This document shows, piece after piece, positions 1 through 8,626 of a stretch of DNA of 34,640 bases (the first letter of the stretch is position 1; every line of letters starts with the position of its first letter). Below the pieces are notes generated by a model. It had not been told where the DNA came from and ran no database searches. It saw nothing but the letters and a program-made list of their open reading frames with translations. Where the stretch lies: positions 247 through 34,886 of the forward strand of contig CAZJUB010000025.1 of NCBI GenBank assembly GCA_964549075.1, written 5' to 3'. Made by a program: the position numbers and the translations under genes. Source of the DNA: an uncultured archaeon (GTDB lineage: Archaea; Asgardarchaeota; Heimdallarchaeia; Heimdallarchaeales; Heimdallarchaeaceae).

Positions 1-151
1 TCACATGGTATCCTTTTTAGACAACTATTGATCTTTTTGGCATACCTACACATACACCTATCTTCACTATGAATAGTTATAGCTTTACAAAAGCTATTCA
101 GACATAGCTTTAAAAGTTTTTTTCGAGCGACATACGAAAATGAAGAATAAT

Positions 152-1309
152 CTAGTTGAGTAGAAGCCATAATTTTGCTATGAGCTTATCAATATCCTCT
201 TCAGTATTGTAGAAATGAGGACTTATCCTTATTCCACCATAGCGGCTGGAAACTATAATGTTGTCATTCAAGAGTTTCTTAACTATGTCAACATTATCTG
301 GTAATCTGATGTTTATTACACCTGATCTATATTCGGATTCAAGAGGTGAGATGAATTCATAATCGCCTAATTGCTCGAGTTCTTGAACGAGATAATCTGT
401 AAGTTTGATAATTCTCGTCTCAACATTTTTAATACCATATTCAAGAATAATGTCCATTCCTTTACTAGAAACATAAAATAAGAAATCACTTGGATTTGTG
501 TCCATAAATTTGGAAATATCCTCTACATAGACTAAATCATTTACATTCCAGTATGGTTGATCATGAGAGCCTGGATCAACACCATGATATCCAGCAAATG
601 GTGGTTCAAATCTATCTATATGTTCTTTTTTCATATAAAAATATCCAGCTTGATTTGCTCCTAAAAGCCACTTTGCAGTACCACAAGTAAGAAAATCTAC
701 ATTCCAGTTTTTCACATCATTCGTTAGTGCTCCTGTAGATTGAATAGAATCAACTGCGATTAATGCTTCATTTTCATGTGCTATTTTAGCAATTTCTTTA
801 ATATCTGCTCTACATCCAGACAGCCATTGAACATGAGACAGAAGAACAAGTTTGGTATTCTTATCTATCTTACTTGCAAATTCCTCTGCTATGACTCGAT
901 TCCGTTTATCAGGAACTGGTCGATATTCTATATTTTTAGTCTTTTTCAAGAAAAGAGCTTGATATACTTGCGCAACATAATCGTTCCAATAGCATACAAC
1001 GTTGCTTTTCGCATCATAATCGATCATGTTTGCAGCTAATCTTGAACCAGAAGTGACATCCCTCGTAAAGACAATTTCATCTTCAGCAGCATTTATTAGT
1101 TTCCCGAACTTTCCTCGAGCATCTTGAAATACTTTGTTCGTTTCTTCGAAATTAAATTCTCCCCAACACTCAGTATATTCTTGTATTGCTTTTTGAGTTA
1201 TACCATGAAGTGGTCCGCGTGAAGAATGATTCATAAAAGTTTTTTTCTGAAGTGTAGGTGATTCTGCTCGAATTTTTTCTATAAAATTATCAACCATATT
1301 TATTAACAT
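152..1309 (-). CDS. Aminotransferase class V-fold PLP-dependent enzyme (SufS/EgtE/CefD-like lyase, no desulfurase catalytic Cys)
   Basis: Class V motifs FMNHSSRGP, SHVQWLSG, VDSIQSTG, PLP-lysine in GTAKWLLG, and C-terminal RISPHFYNTEEDID. Alternative start at ATG 1297. Confidence 0.85.
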   Translation of the reverse strand: MLINMVDNFIEKIRAESPTLQKKTFMNHSSRGPLHGITQKAIQEYTECWGEFNFEETNKVFQDARGKFGKLINAAEDEIVFTRDVTSGSRLAANMIDYDAKSNVVCYWNDYVAQVYQALFLKKTKNIEYRPVPDKRNRVIAEEFASKIDKNTKLVLLSHVQWLSGCRADIKEIAKIAHENEALIAVDSIQSTGALTNDVKNWNVDFLTCGTAKWLLGANQAGYFYMKKEHIDRFEPPFAGYHGVDPGSHDQPYWNVNDLVYVEDISKFMDTNPSDFLFYVSSKGMDIILEYGIKNVETRIIKLTDYLVQELEQLGDYEFISPLESEYRSGVINIRLPDNVDIVKKLLNDNIIVSSRYGGIRISPHFYNTEEDIDKLIAKLWLLLN

Positions 1310-1344
1310 ATGAAGATTCGACTAATATATTTTTCCGAGGATAC

Positions 1345-1899
1345 TTAATCGCATACTGCCGATCTTTGATGATAGATAGATTCAAGCAATTTATCAACAA
1401 TTAATGGCAATCCTTTACCAGTTTTTGAAGAAATCTCAAAAAAATGATTTTCAACATTGTCAATTTTTGTTGATCTGTTTAATCTGAAAACATATTCTTT
1501 TGCATCGATAGGATTAAGTGTTCTATCACTAGATGCACGTAAATCTGCTTTGTTACCAATTAACACTATTGGAACTTTACCATATCCATTATAATTCGTG
1601 AGTTCCTCAATCCAGAAAGGTGCATGTCTAAAGCTGTTAGGATTAGAAATATCATAAACGACGAATGCTCCATTAGCTCCTTGATAATGCTTAGAACGAT
1701 TGGCATTAGATAGTTCTCTACCAGGTATATCATATACATGTACAGTGATTTCTTCTCCCTCAATAGTTCTAGTAAACTCAATTAGATCCAATTTGATAGA
1801 AGGTTTTCTCTCTGCTCCAGGTAGACTTTTCTCTACTAAGTTGAAAAAAGAAGTTTTACCAGCTCCCCAATCCCCTAACACTAGAATTTTATAAATCAT
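1345..1899 (-). CDS. Divergent Rab-like small GTPase
   Basis: G1 GDWGAGKTS, G3 DIPG, HYQGANGAFVVYDI, G4 NKAD, G5 SSKTG. Confidence 0.9.
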   Translation of the reverse strand: MIYKILVLGDWGAGKTSFFNLVEKSLPGAERKPSIKLDLIEFTRTIEGEEITVHVYDIPGRELSNANRSKHYQGANGAFVVYDISNPNSFRHAPFWIEELTNYNGYGKVPIVLIGNKADLRASSDRTLNPIDAKEYVFRLNRSTKIDNVENHFFEISSKTGKGLPLIVDKLLESIYHQRSAVCD

Positions 1900-1958
1900 C
1901 TTGAATCACGAGTATACTTTATCTTTTCCTCTTCTAAAATACTATTTTCTAACCACTT

Positions 1959-2510
1959 TTAAACTCTTTCCCGAATTGCTTTACCTAACATCTCAAAAGC
2001 TTTATCAATATTTTGTCCAGTTTTTGCACTTGTTTCAAGGAGATGATTAGTAATTTTATAGCTGTGTGTTCCGTTATTTAAGATATCGACATATCTTTGT
2101 GCTTCTTTCATGGAAACACTTTTTCTTGAACGCAAATCACTCTTATTTGCTAACATTACAATGGGAACAACCTCTTTTCCACAATATCTATAGAGCTCTC
2201 TAATCCAAATTAAACAGTTTTTAAAAGTCCGTCTATTAGTAATATCGAAAACAACTAGAGCTCCCATACTGCCATTGTAAAAACGACCTCGTACTTCCTT
2301 GAAGATAGGTTGTCCAGCAAGATCCCAAATTTGAAAACGCCAAAGCTCATTATTTGGCATTTTCTTTTTTACAACGCTGAAATCAGCCCCTAGAGTCATT
2401 AAGTGAGATGCCGAAAAACCATGCCCCATATATCTATTTCTAATGGACGTTTTTCCTACTGCTCCATCGCCTAAGAGCGTTATCTTGAAAACAAACTCAG
2501 CTTGACTCAC
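1959..2510 (-). CDS. Rab-like small GTPase (eukaryotic signature protein)
   Basis: G1 GDGAVGKTS, G2/RabF1-like TLGADF, RFQIWDLAGQ, FYNGSMGALVVFDIT, G4 NKSD, G5 ETSAK. GTG start. Confidence 0.93.
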   Translation of the reverse strand: MSQAEFVFKITLLGDGAVGKTSIRNRYMGHGFSASHLMTLGADFSVVKKKMPNNELWRFQIWDLAGQPIFKEVRGRFYNGSMGALVVFDITNRRTFKNCLIWIRELYRYCGKEVVPIVMLANKSDLRSRKSVSMKEAQRYVDILNNGTHSYKITNHLLETSAKTGQNIDKAFEMLGKAIRERV

Positions 2511-2765
2511 AACTAGTAGAGGATGTCTTAACTAAAAAATCTACTTATTACCTTGAAACTATTTCTATGAGAAAACTATATTATGAGAGAGCTTACTCAA
2601 AATTGACTCAGGTTAACTCCAACACTTACGTATTCTTAATTTTTATTATCTTGTAGTAAGGTATTATTTTTACCGACACATCAAAGGATTGGATAAGCAA
2701 TTATTGAATCTCACTACAAAAGAAAGAGAAAGTGTTAATAAGCGATTTAATCAACTATATTCAAT

Positions 2766-3248
2766 ATGGTACTTGACGCATTTAATATTCTCTTTGTGGT
2801 TACAGCTGTTTTAGCAAATATCAGTGTATCTGGCATCTATATAAGTGATAGACACAAATCAATGAAATTCATTCGAATATTCGGAATTATCTTTCTTTCT
2901 ATAGGATTTCCAATTATTACTGTATTGATTGGTTATATTATTACAGGAGGTTATGATTGGTGGATTTATGTCCTTCTTTCGTATATCATTGTTTTCATTA
3001 TAGTACAGCTTATGTTAGATTATATTCTGAAAAGCCAATTCAGGGAAAAAACCGTGCCACATGTTATTTATATTGTATTTTTCTATATGTTTCAAGCAGC
3101 ACTAATCTTAATTGCATTTAATATAAATGACACATGTGGATATGCCGTTTCAATTTCATTTTGGGTTTTATTAGGAGCTCTCATTTATCTGTTAATTGGA
3201 AAACAGATGGATAAAAGACTCAAGAAAGAGAATAAAGAAAGTTCCTGA
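2766..3248 (+). CDS. Hypothetical membrane protein (about 5 TM segments)
   Basis: 160-aa ORF with repeated hydrophobic stretches and a charged tail. BRE/TATA-like GAGAAAGTGTTAATAA lies about 25-40 nt upstream. Confidence 0.75.
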   Translation: MVLDAFNILFVVTAVLANISVSGIYISDRHKSMKFIRIFGIIFLSIGFPIITVLIGYIITGGYDWWIYVLLSYIIVFIIVQLMLDYILKSQFREKTVPHVIYIVFFYMFQAALILIAFNINDTCGYAVSISFWVLLGALIYLLIGKQMDKRLKKENKESS

Positions 3249-3269
3249 TAAAATTACTTTTACTTTTCT

Positions 3270-3311
3270 ATTTTAAGAAACTGTTTTATGGTTAGAATAC
3301 CATGTTAAAAT
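3270..3311 (+). promoter_or_regulatory. Putative BRE/TATA promoter of microprotein 1 (duplicated at 3458-3499)
   Basis: ATTTTAAGAAA starts exactly 42 nt before both ATG 3312 and ATG 3500. TAGAA and TGTT also sit at identical offsets in both copies. Confidence 0.55.
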
Positions 3312-3434
3312 ATGAAAAAGAGCAAAATCAAAAAATTAAAGACAAAACGTAAACTTCCTCCAATAAAAGTCGACAAAGATACTACTGAAAAAGAAATGAG
3401 ACATGCTGAATTTAAAAGGAAGTATTATTATTAA
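3312..3434 (+). CDS. Small Lys-rich protein, 40 aa (MKKSKIKKLKTKRKLPPIKVDKDTTEKEMRHAEFKRKYYY)
   Basis: Hand-translated ATG..TAA ORF below the track cut-off. Shares the motif TExE[ML]RxAExK and the upstream promoter with the next ORF. Confidence 0.65.
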   Translation: MKKSKIKKLKTKRKLPPIKVDKDTTEKEMRHAEFKRKYYY

Positions 3435-3457
3435 TACGCGTTTTAATTGCTTGCAAA

Positions 3458-3499
3458 ATTTTAAGAAAGAATATTAAGTGTAGAAATTATTGTTTTCTT
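3458..3499 (+). promoter_or_regulatory. Putative BRE/TATA promoter of microprotein 2
   Basis: Positional copy of 3270-3311 (ATTTTAAGAAA...TATTAAG..TAGAA...TGTT). Confidence 0.55.
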
Positions 3500-3610
3500 A
3501 TGAAAGAGAAAAAGAGAAAGACAAAGAAGAAGAAAACTCTCTCTGCTAAAGAGATTACAGAACAAGAACTTAGACGAGCGGAAGCAAAAATGGCTCTCCA
3601 AAAGCCTTGA
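3500..3610 (+). CDS. Small Lys-rich protein, 36 aa (MKEKKRKTKKKKTLSAKEITEQELRRAEAKMALQKP)
   Basis: Hand-translated ATG..TGA ORF, a paralog of 3312..3434. Confidence 0.65.
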   Translation: MKEKKRKTKKKKTLSAKEITEQELRRAEAKMALQKP

Positions 3611-3718
3611 AATCAATCTGTGATTTTTATCCATCTATTGCTTTTTTCTATAGAGTAAGTTTATCTTGAAAATTTGTATGAATAAAAGACTAAAATAAGA
3701 TGACCTGTATCTTCATTC

Positions 3719-4081
3719 ATGAAAATTAATGGTTTTATAGTCGGAAAAGTCATTTCACTGATAGCATTTATTACTATGCTAGTAGCTTTACTTTATGGTT
3801 TTATTTTTGCAAATTTCTTTTCTGAAGGAAGTTTGATAATATCTGTACCTTGGGGTATAATCACCTTAATTGACATCTACATTAGCTTTTTGGTATTTTG
3901 TGGTTGGATAATTTATCGAGAAAAAACTATTTATGCGAAGATAATTTGGGTAATTTTTGTTTTAGTTTTAGGAAGTTTTACTATAGCAATTTACTTATTC
4001 ATAGCGTTTCAAACATGTGAAGAAAATTGGCAAAAATTCTGGCATGGTAAAAGGCAAAATTCTGTAATTATTGCTCAATAA
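3719..4081 (+). CDS. DUF1475-family small membrane protein
   Basis: PWGIITLIDIYISF...WIIYRE...W..LVLGS pattern with 3 hydrophobic helices. Confidence 0.75.
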   Translation: MKINGFIVGKVISLIAFITMLVALLYGFIFANFFSEGSLIISVPWGIITLIDIYISFLVFCGWIIYREKTIYAKIIWVIFVLVLGSFTIAIYLFIAFQTCEENWQKFWHGKRQNSVIIAQ

Positions 4082-4093
4082 TTTGTAAATAAA

Positions 4094-4124
4094 AAGAGAA
4101 GGAATCTTATCTCTTCCTTTTCTT
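4094..4124 (+). terminator. Hairpin after the DUF1475 gene, possible terminator
   Basis: AAGAGAAGGAA (4094-4104) pairs with TTCCTTTTCTT (4114-4124), with one G-U pair and a 9-nt loop, 13 nt after the stop. Confidence 0.4.
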
Positions 4125-4174
4125 AACAGTCTTTACAAGAAAGTTTTTAACGTGGCCCTTATTTTCTGTTTTTA

Positions 4175-5536
4175 ATGCCAGAAGTTACTAGTAAATATCC
4201 AATTGTTGCTTTAGGAGCTCTTATCTTTGGTCACTTTCTAAACCATTTCTATGCTTATGTACTAGGAGCATCGTTGTTTATTATAAGAGAGGATATTTTT
4301 CTTTCAAATGCACAAATTGGGTTAGTTGGTACAGCACAAATTGTAGTTTTTGCAATTTGTAGTGTGTTTATTGGAATTTTAGGAGACAGATGGTTAAGAA
4401 GTAGAAATGTATTTGTACCAATAGGAGTACTTCTGATGGGAGGAAGTTTGTTTATTGTAGCATACTCATATAATATAGCAGGTTTAATACTTGCTGCGGT
4501 TCTTACTGGTTTTGGTGCTTCATTTTATCATCCTGTTGCATATGCATCAATAGCTGATCTTTACGAAGAGAAAAAAGGTATAGCTATGGGATTTAATACT
4601 GCATTGGGAATGATAGGCACTTCTATCACACCAATTTTTATTGTTGTTTTTAATAATTGGATAGGATGGAGATATTTTTTCATCATCTTTGGAATCATTG
4701 CTATAGCTCTTGCTCTATTTATGTTCTTTCTATTCCATTACATGATGTCTTACAAACGTACTGAAGAAGAGATGAGTGAACAAACAATAAACAGAAATAA
4801 TGAACGCAAGGACCAATTGAAAAACTGGTTCAAGAAAGAACTGCTTGTTGTTTTAACTTTAATTATCGTTGTATGTTTATTCTTTTCAGTCTTCAGATCA
4901 GGAATATTTAGAATTACTAATCAATTCTTATCAATTATCTTTGTTGATTATTATGGTTTTAATCTCTTTCAAGCAGGATGGATTACAACAGTTATTCTAG
5001 TAATAGGAGGGTTAACTTCCATTGCTGGAGGTATGTTAAGTGACAGAGTGGCAACAACATTAACCATGGTTATATCAGCTGTTGGCTCAGCATTTATGCT
5101 ACTTTTGTTAGTAATTCTAGGGAATGTAATTTCTGGAGTTGGAGCAATTGTATTGTTTTTCATATTTATTGCATTTTTATATTTCTCAGCTGCAGCGAGT
5201 ACAAAATATGTTTCAGAAAATGTTCCACAAAAATCAAGATCACTAGCTTTAGGATTTTTGTTTGCTATACCAAATGCAGTAGCTGGAATCTTCCCATGGA
5301 TATTTGGATTGATTTTAGATGCAAGTAGGTTTACAATGGGAATAACAGAAAATATAGCTATCTATCATGGAATAATTAACATCAATGGAAGTCATATCTG
5401 GGCATTTGCATTTTTGTTATTGTTAGCTATTGCTGCTTCATTTATGGTGTTATACTTGTTTAGAAGAGACTGGAAACTTGGAAGAATTAGTAGAAAGAGC
5501 AAGATTAAAGTGCTAAAATACACAGATGAAATCTAA
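4175..5536 (+). CDS. MFS transporter
   Basis: About 12 TM helices, MFS motif A in both halves (GILGDRW, GMLSDRV), and an FSR-like GASFYHP motif. Confidence 0.9.
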   Translation: MPEVTSKYPIVALGALIFGHFLNHFYAYVLGASLFIIREDIFLSNAQIGLVGTAQIVVFAICSVFIGILGDRWLRSRNVFVPIGVLLMGGSLFIVAYSYNIAGLILAAVLTGFGASFYHPVAYASIADLYEEKKGIAMGFNTALGMIGTSITPIFIVVFNNWIGWRYFFIIFGIIAIALALFMFFLFHYMMSYKRTEEEMSEQTINRNNERKDQLKNWFKKELLVVLTLIIVVCLFFSVFRSGIFRITNQFLSIIFVDYYGFNLFQAGWITTVILVIGGLTSIAGGMLSDRVATTLTMVISAVGSAFMLLLLVILGNVISGVGAIVLFFIFIAFLYFSAAASTKYVSENVPQKSRSLALGFLFAIPNAVAGIFPWIFGLILDASRFTMGITENIAIYHGIININGSHIWAFAFLLLLAIAASFMVLYLFRRDWKLGRISRKSKIKVLKYTDEI

Positions 5537-5630
5537 AGTTAAGCTGGTTTTAAATGAGATATAGACTGCGTAAGTTTTATATAATATACTCTTCATCGAT
5601 GAATAGCTAAAAAATATAAAGTGAAGAAAT

Positions 5631-7895
5631 ATGGCCGTACCAATTATACTAATTGTTGCGTTAATATCTGGATTAATCTCAATTTTAGCTGCGATATATT
5701 TCACTGTAATTGTGATGAGAGAAGATCGTGGAAATGAAAAAATGATTGAGATATCCGGTTATATAGAAACAGGTGCTAAAAGATTCATCAAAGTACAATA
5801 CCTAGTTTTAGGTGTATTCGTCTTTGTGCTGTTTTTAGTGATATTATTATTCCTACCTTCTGAAATGACCTCAGGTGGTGTCCCAATCATAACTGGAGAT
5901 CTAAATTGGGAACAAGCTATAGCTTATTTCATAGGTTCCGGAGCTTCAATGTTAGCTGGTTGGATTGGATTACTGGTAGGTGTAAAAACTAATACTAGAG
6001 CAGCTCAAGGTGTAACTAAAGGAATCAAAAAAGGATTCGATATAGCTTTCTTTGGTGGATCTGTAATGGGACTAGCTGTTGTCGGTGTAGCTTTAATCGG
6101 TGTAGCTGCTATCTACTGGATTTTTGCACCAGCAGTATCAGCAGATGTTGCTCCAAAGGTTGTGTTAGGATTTAGTTTCGGAGCCTCGACCATCGCACTC
6201 TTTATGAAATGTGGAGGTGGGATTTACACCAAAACCGCAGACGTTGGAGCAGATTTAGTAGGTAAAGCTGAATATAATTTACCTGAAGATGATATACGTA
6301 ACCCAGCTACCATCGCGGACAACGTAGGTGATAATGTCGGAGATATTGCAGGAATGGGTAGTGATTTACTCGACTCTTATGTAGCATCAATTGTTGCTGC
6401 AATGATTCTAGCTTCTGCTTTTGCTTACTCTGGAAAAGAAGTGTTCTTTATTGTTCTTCCAATAGTGATTTCAGGTGTAGGTATTATCGCTTCGCTAATA
6501 GGTATTTTTCTAATCAAATACTTTGGTGGAGATAATCCTGGAAAATCTTTAAACAATGGAACATATCTAGCAACATTACTGTTCGCAGGTTTTGCAGCTC
6601 TTATCGTTTGGGGGATAACAACTCAAGAAGTAGATCATGTCGTTCAACTTTGGAAAGATTACTTTGCAGTAGTTTTAGGTCTTCTTAGTGGCATTGTAAT
6701 AGGCTGGACGAGTGATTACTATACGAGAGATGATAAAAACCCAACGAGAAACATGGCGGGTGCAGCAGAAGAAGGTCACGCAGTGGTCATTCTCTCAGGA
6801 TTCTCTTATGGTTTAATAAGTGTCGTACCACCAGCTCTAGGCATAGTAGTAGCTATGGCAGTATCATTCCTTTTAGACGGAGTCTTTGGAGTAGCTATGG
6901 CTGCAGTAGGAATGTTAGCTATTGTTGGAACAATCGTTTCTAATGATGCTTACGGACCTATAGTTGATAATTCCAGAGCTATTGCTGAACAAGGTGGATT
7001 AGGTGACGAGGTTATCAGACAAGCTGATCAACTTGATTCTGCTGGAAACACAGCTAAAGCAATTACCAAAGGATTTGCTATTGGAGCAGCTAATCTAGCA
7101 GTACTAGCGTTACTATTCTCCTTCGCTGAAGAAGCGGGAATAAAAGCTGCAGGAATTAATTTGCTTGATGTTAAGATTCTGATTGGTGCATTTATTGGAG
7201 TAGTAGTACCAGCATTGTTCTCTGCGTTACTAATACTTTCTGTACAAAGAAATGCAGCGAAAATGGTTCTAGAAATACGAAGACAATTTGAAACCAATCC
7301 AAAGATATTGGAAGGAACAGAACCAGCAGATTTCAATAAGACAATTGGAATAGCAACAAAAGGAGCTTTGATTGAACTAATACTACCAAGTATAATTTCA
7401 ATAGCAGTACCAATAGTAGTAGGAATACTATTGGGAGTAGCAGCTCTAGGAGCATTCTTAGCAGGAGCAATTCTATCAGGATTTGTGTTCGCAATCATGA
7501 TGGCTAATGCAGGTGGAGCCTGGGATAATGCCAAAAAGTGGATCGAAGATGGAAACCTAGGTGGAAAGGGAACAGAAGTCCATAAAGCTGCAATCACAGG
7601 AGACACAGTAGGCGATCCTTTCAAAGACACAGCAGGACCTTCAATTAACACTTTACTTGTTGTTATGTCCTTAACTTCATCAGTTTTCATGGGATTATTA
7701 CTTATTCCTGGACTTAACGGTGGAGCAGGTCTTCTCCCTGATGTTTGGTTTGCTGAAAATGGTATCGGTGAGACCTGGTGGATAGTGACAATTGTAGTTT
7801 TTGCTTGTATTCTTGGAGCTATCTTAATTTGGGCTCTTATCAAAATATTTAGAACTAGAGAAGTTGTTCAAAAAATCTTAAAGAGAAGAAAGTAA
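5631..7895 (+). CDS. hppA: Membrane-bound ion-translocating pyrophosphatase, K+-independent signature (probably H+-pumping)
   Basis: GGGIYTKTADVGADLVGK, EDDIRNPATIADNVGDNVGD and GDTVGDPFKDTAGP motifs. GNTAKAITKG has the Lys/Thr pair of the K+-independent subfamily. Confidence 0.95.
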   Translation: MAVPIILIVALISGLISILAAIYFTVIVMREDRGNEKMIEISGYIETGAKRFIKVQYLVLGVFVFVLFLVILLFLPSEMTSGGVPIITGDLNWEQAIAYFIGSGASMLAGWIGLLVGVKTNTRAAQGVTKGIKKGFDIAFFGGSVMGLAVVGVALIGVAAIYWIFAPAVSADVAPKVVLGFSFGASTIALFMKCGGGIYTKTADVGADLVGKAEYNLPEDDIRNPATIADNVGDNVGDIAGMGSDLLDSYVASIVAAMILASAFAYSGKEVFFIVLPIVISGVGIIASLIGIFLIKYFGGDNPGKSLNNGTYLATLLFAGFAALIVWGITTQEVDHVVQLWKDYFAVVLGLLSGIVIGWTSDYYTRDDKNPTRNMAGAAEEGHAVVILSGFSYGLISVVPPALGIVVAMAVSFLLDGVFGVAMAAVGMLAIVGTIVSNDAYGPIVDNSRAIAEQGGLGDEVIRQADQLDSAGNTAKAITKGFAIGAANLAVLALLFSFAEEAGIKAAGINLLDVKILIGAFIGVVVPALFSALLILSVQRNAAKMVLEIRRQFETNPKILEGTEPADFNKTIGIATKGALIELILPSIISIAVPIVVGILLGVAALGAFLAGAILSGFVFAIMMANAGGAWDNAKKWIEDGNLGGKGTEVHKAAITGDTVGDPFKDTAGPSINTLLVVMSLTSSVFMGLLLIPGLNGGAGLLPDVWFAENGIGETWWIVTIVVFACILGAILIWALIKIFRTREVVQKILKRRK

Positions 7896-7915
7896 TCTTA
7901 CTTTCTTTTTATTTT
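7886..7915 (+). terminator. Inverted repeat plus T-tract between convergent genes
   Basis: AAGAAAGTAA-TC-TTACTTTCTT perfect inverted repeat overlapping the hppA stop and followed by T runs. Confidence 0.5.
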
Positions 7916-7918
7916 CTT

Positions 7919-8473
7919 TCATTTTTTCTTTGAAATAATTTTTGTTTCTTTATTAGGATGAGTATCTTTTAACAAGAAAGGTGCCCACTCTTTTTCTACT
8001 TGGTCTATATTTTTTTCCCAGTATTTTAAACGGTTACAAAACCAATCACATTTTTCAGCAATCACTTCTTCAGCATTTTTTTGTATGTTCTCATACACAA
8101 ATGCTGTTAGTGCATACATTACAACACCAATCGCGTGTGTTTTTACATGAACAGTTCCTACAACATGCCCCATTGTTCGTGCAGTTGCTCGAGCTGCTGG
8201 ATTTTCATCTCCTGCTTCAGTCGCAGCATTATGAGCTGCATGTGCTGCTTTCTTTGCAACAGGCATCTTTATCTGTCCAAAAGCCCAGGACTTTGCTGCT
8301 TCTAATGCTTCTCTTGGACGTTTATCATTTGGAAATTTGCTTTCAAAAATTGGGAGAACTCCTTCTGCACATTCTAAAGTCCACATGACCAAAGTTCTGC
8401 GCTTTTGGTTTTCTATCAGTTTTTTTATTGGTTGCAGAAAAGTACTATCTCTATTAACTAGAAGTTTTCTCAT
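7919..8473 (-). CDS. Imm5-like putative immunity protein
   Basis: WxxECAExVLxxFE..PxDxRPRxALEAAxxW..G..Ala-rich..AAR..GH..T.HV.TH pattern typical of this family. Confidence 0.75.
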   Translation of the reverse strand: MRKLLVNRDSTFLQPIKKLIENQKRRTLVMWTLECAEGVLPIFESKFPNDKRPREALEAAKSWAFGQIKMPVAKKAAHAAHNAATEAGDENPAARATARTMGHVVGTVHVKTHAIGVVMYALTAFVYENIQKNAEEVIAEKCDWFCNRLKYWEKNIDQVEKEWAPFLLKDTHPNKETKIISKKK

Positions 8474-8626
8474 CCTTTTGTTGTATGAAAATTGTTTATT
8501 TATATTTTTATTTAGTAAAATTAGAAAAATTCCAGTAAGTTAAAAATCTTTAAGAAAGAATTTACAGTCGTTCATATACTTTAATATCATAATTCTCTCA
8601 TATATTCTCAAGGGAAATGACTAAAA

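Noticed and set aside
70-118. Inverted repeat ATAGCTTT-ACA-AAAGCTAT (79-97) and possible ORF starts at the left edge
   Set aside because: It could be a terminator or operator, but context is cut off by the window edge and no convincing reading frame was found.
152-1309. Calling the PLP enzyme a cysteine desulfurase (sufS/iscS)
   Set aside because: The catalytic Cys loop (RxGHHC or SSGSAC) is absent; the region reads VSSRYGGIRIS.
2566-2622. Loose repeats (TATGAGA x2; TTACTCA/TTGACTCA/TTAACTCC) in the GTPase promoter region
   Set aside because: Too short and degenerate to distinguish from chance in AT-rich DNA.
7028-7843. 271-aa antisense ORF inside hppA
   Set aside because: It is a codon-register shadow of a conserved hydrophobic gene, with no motifs of its own.
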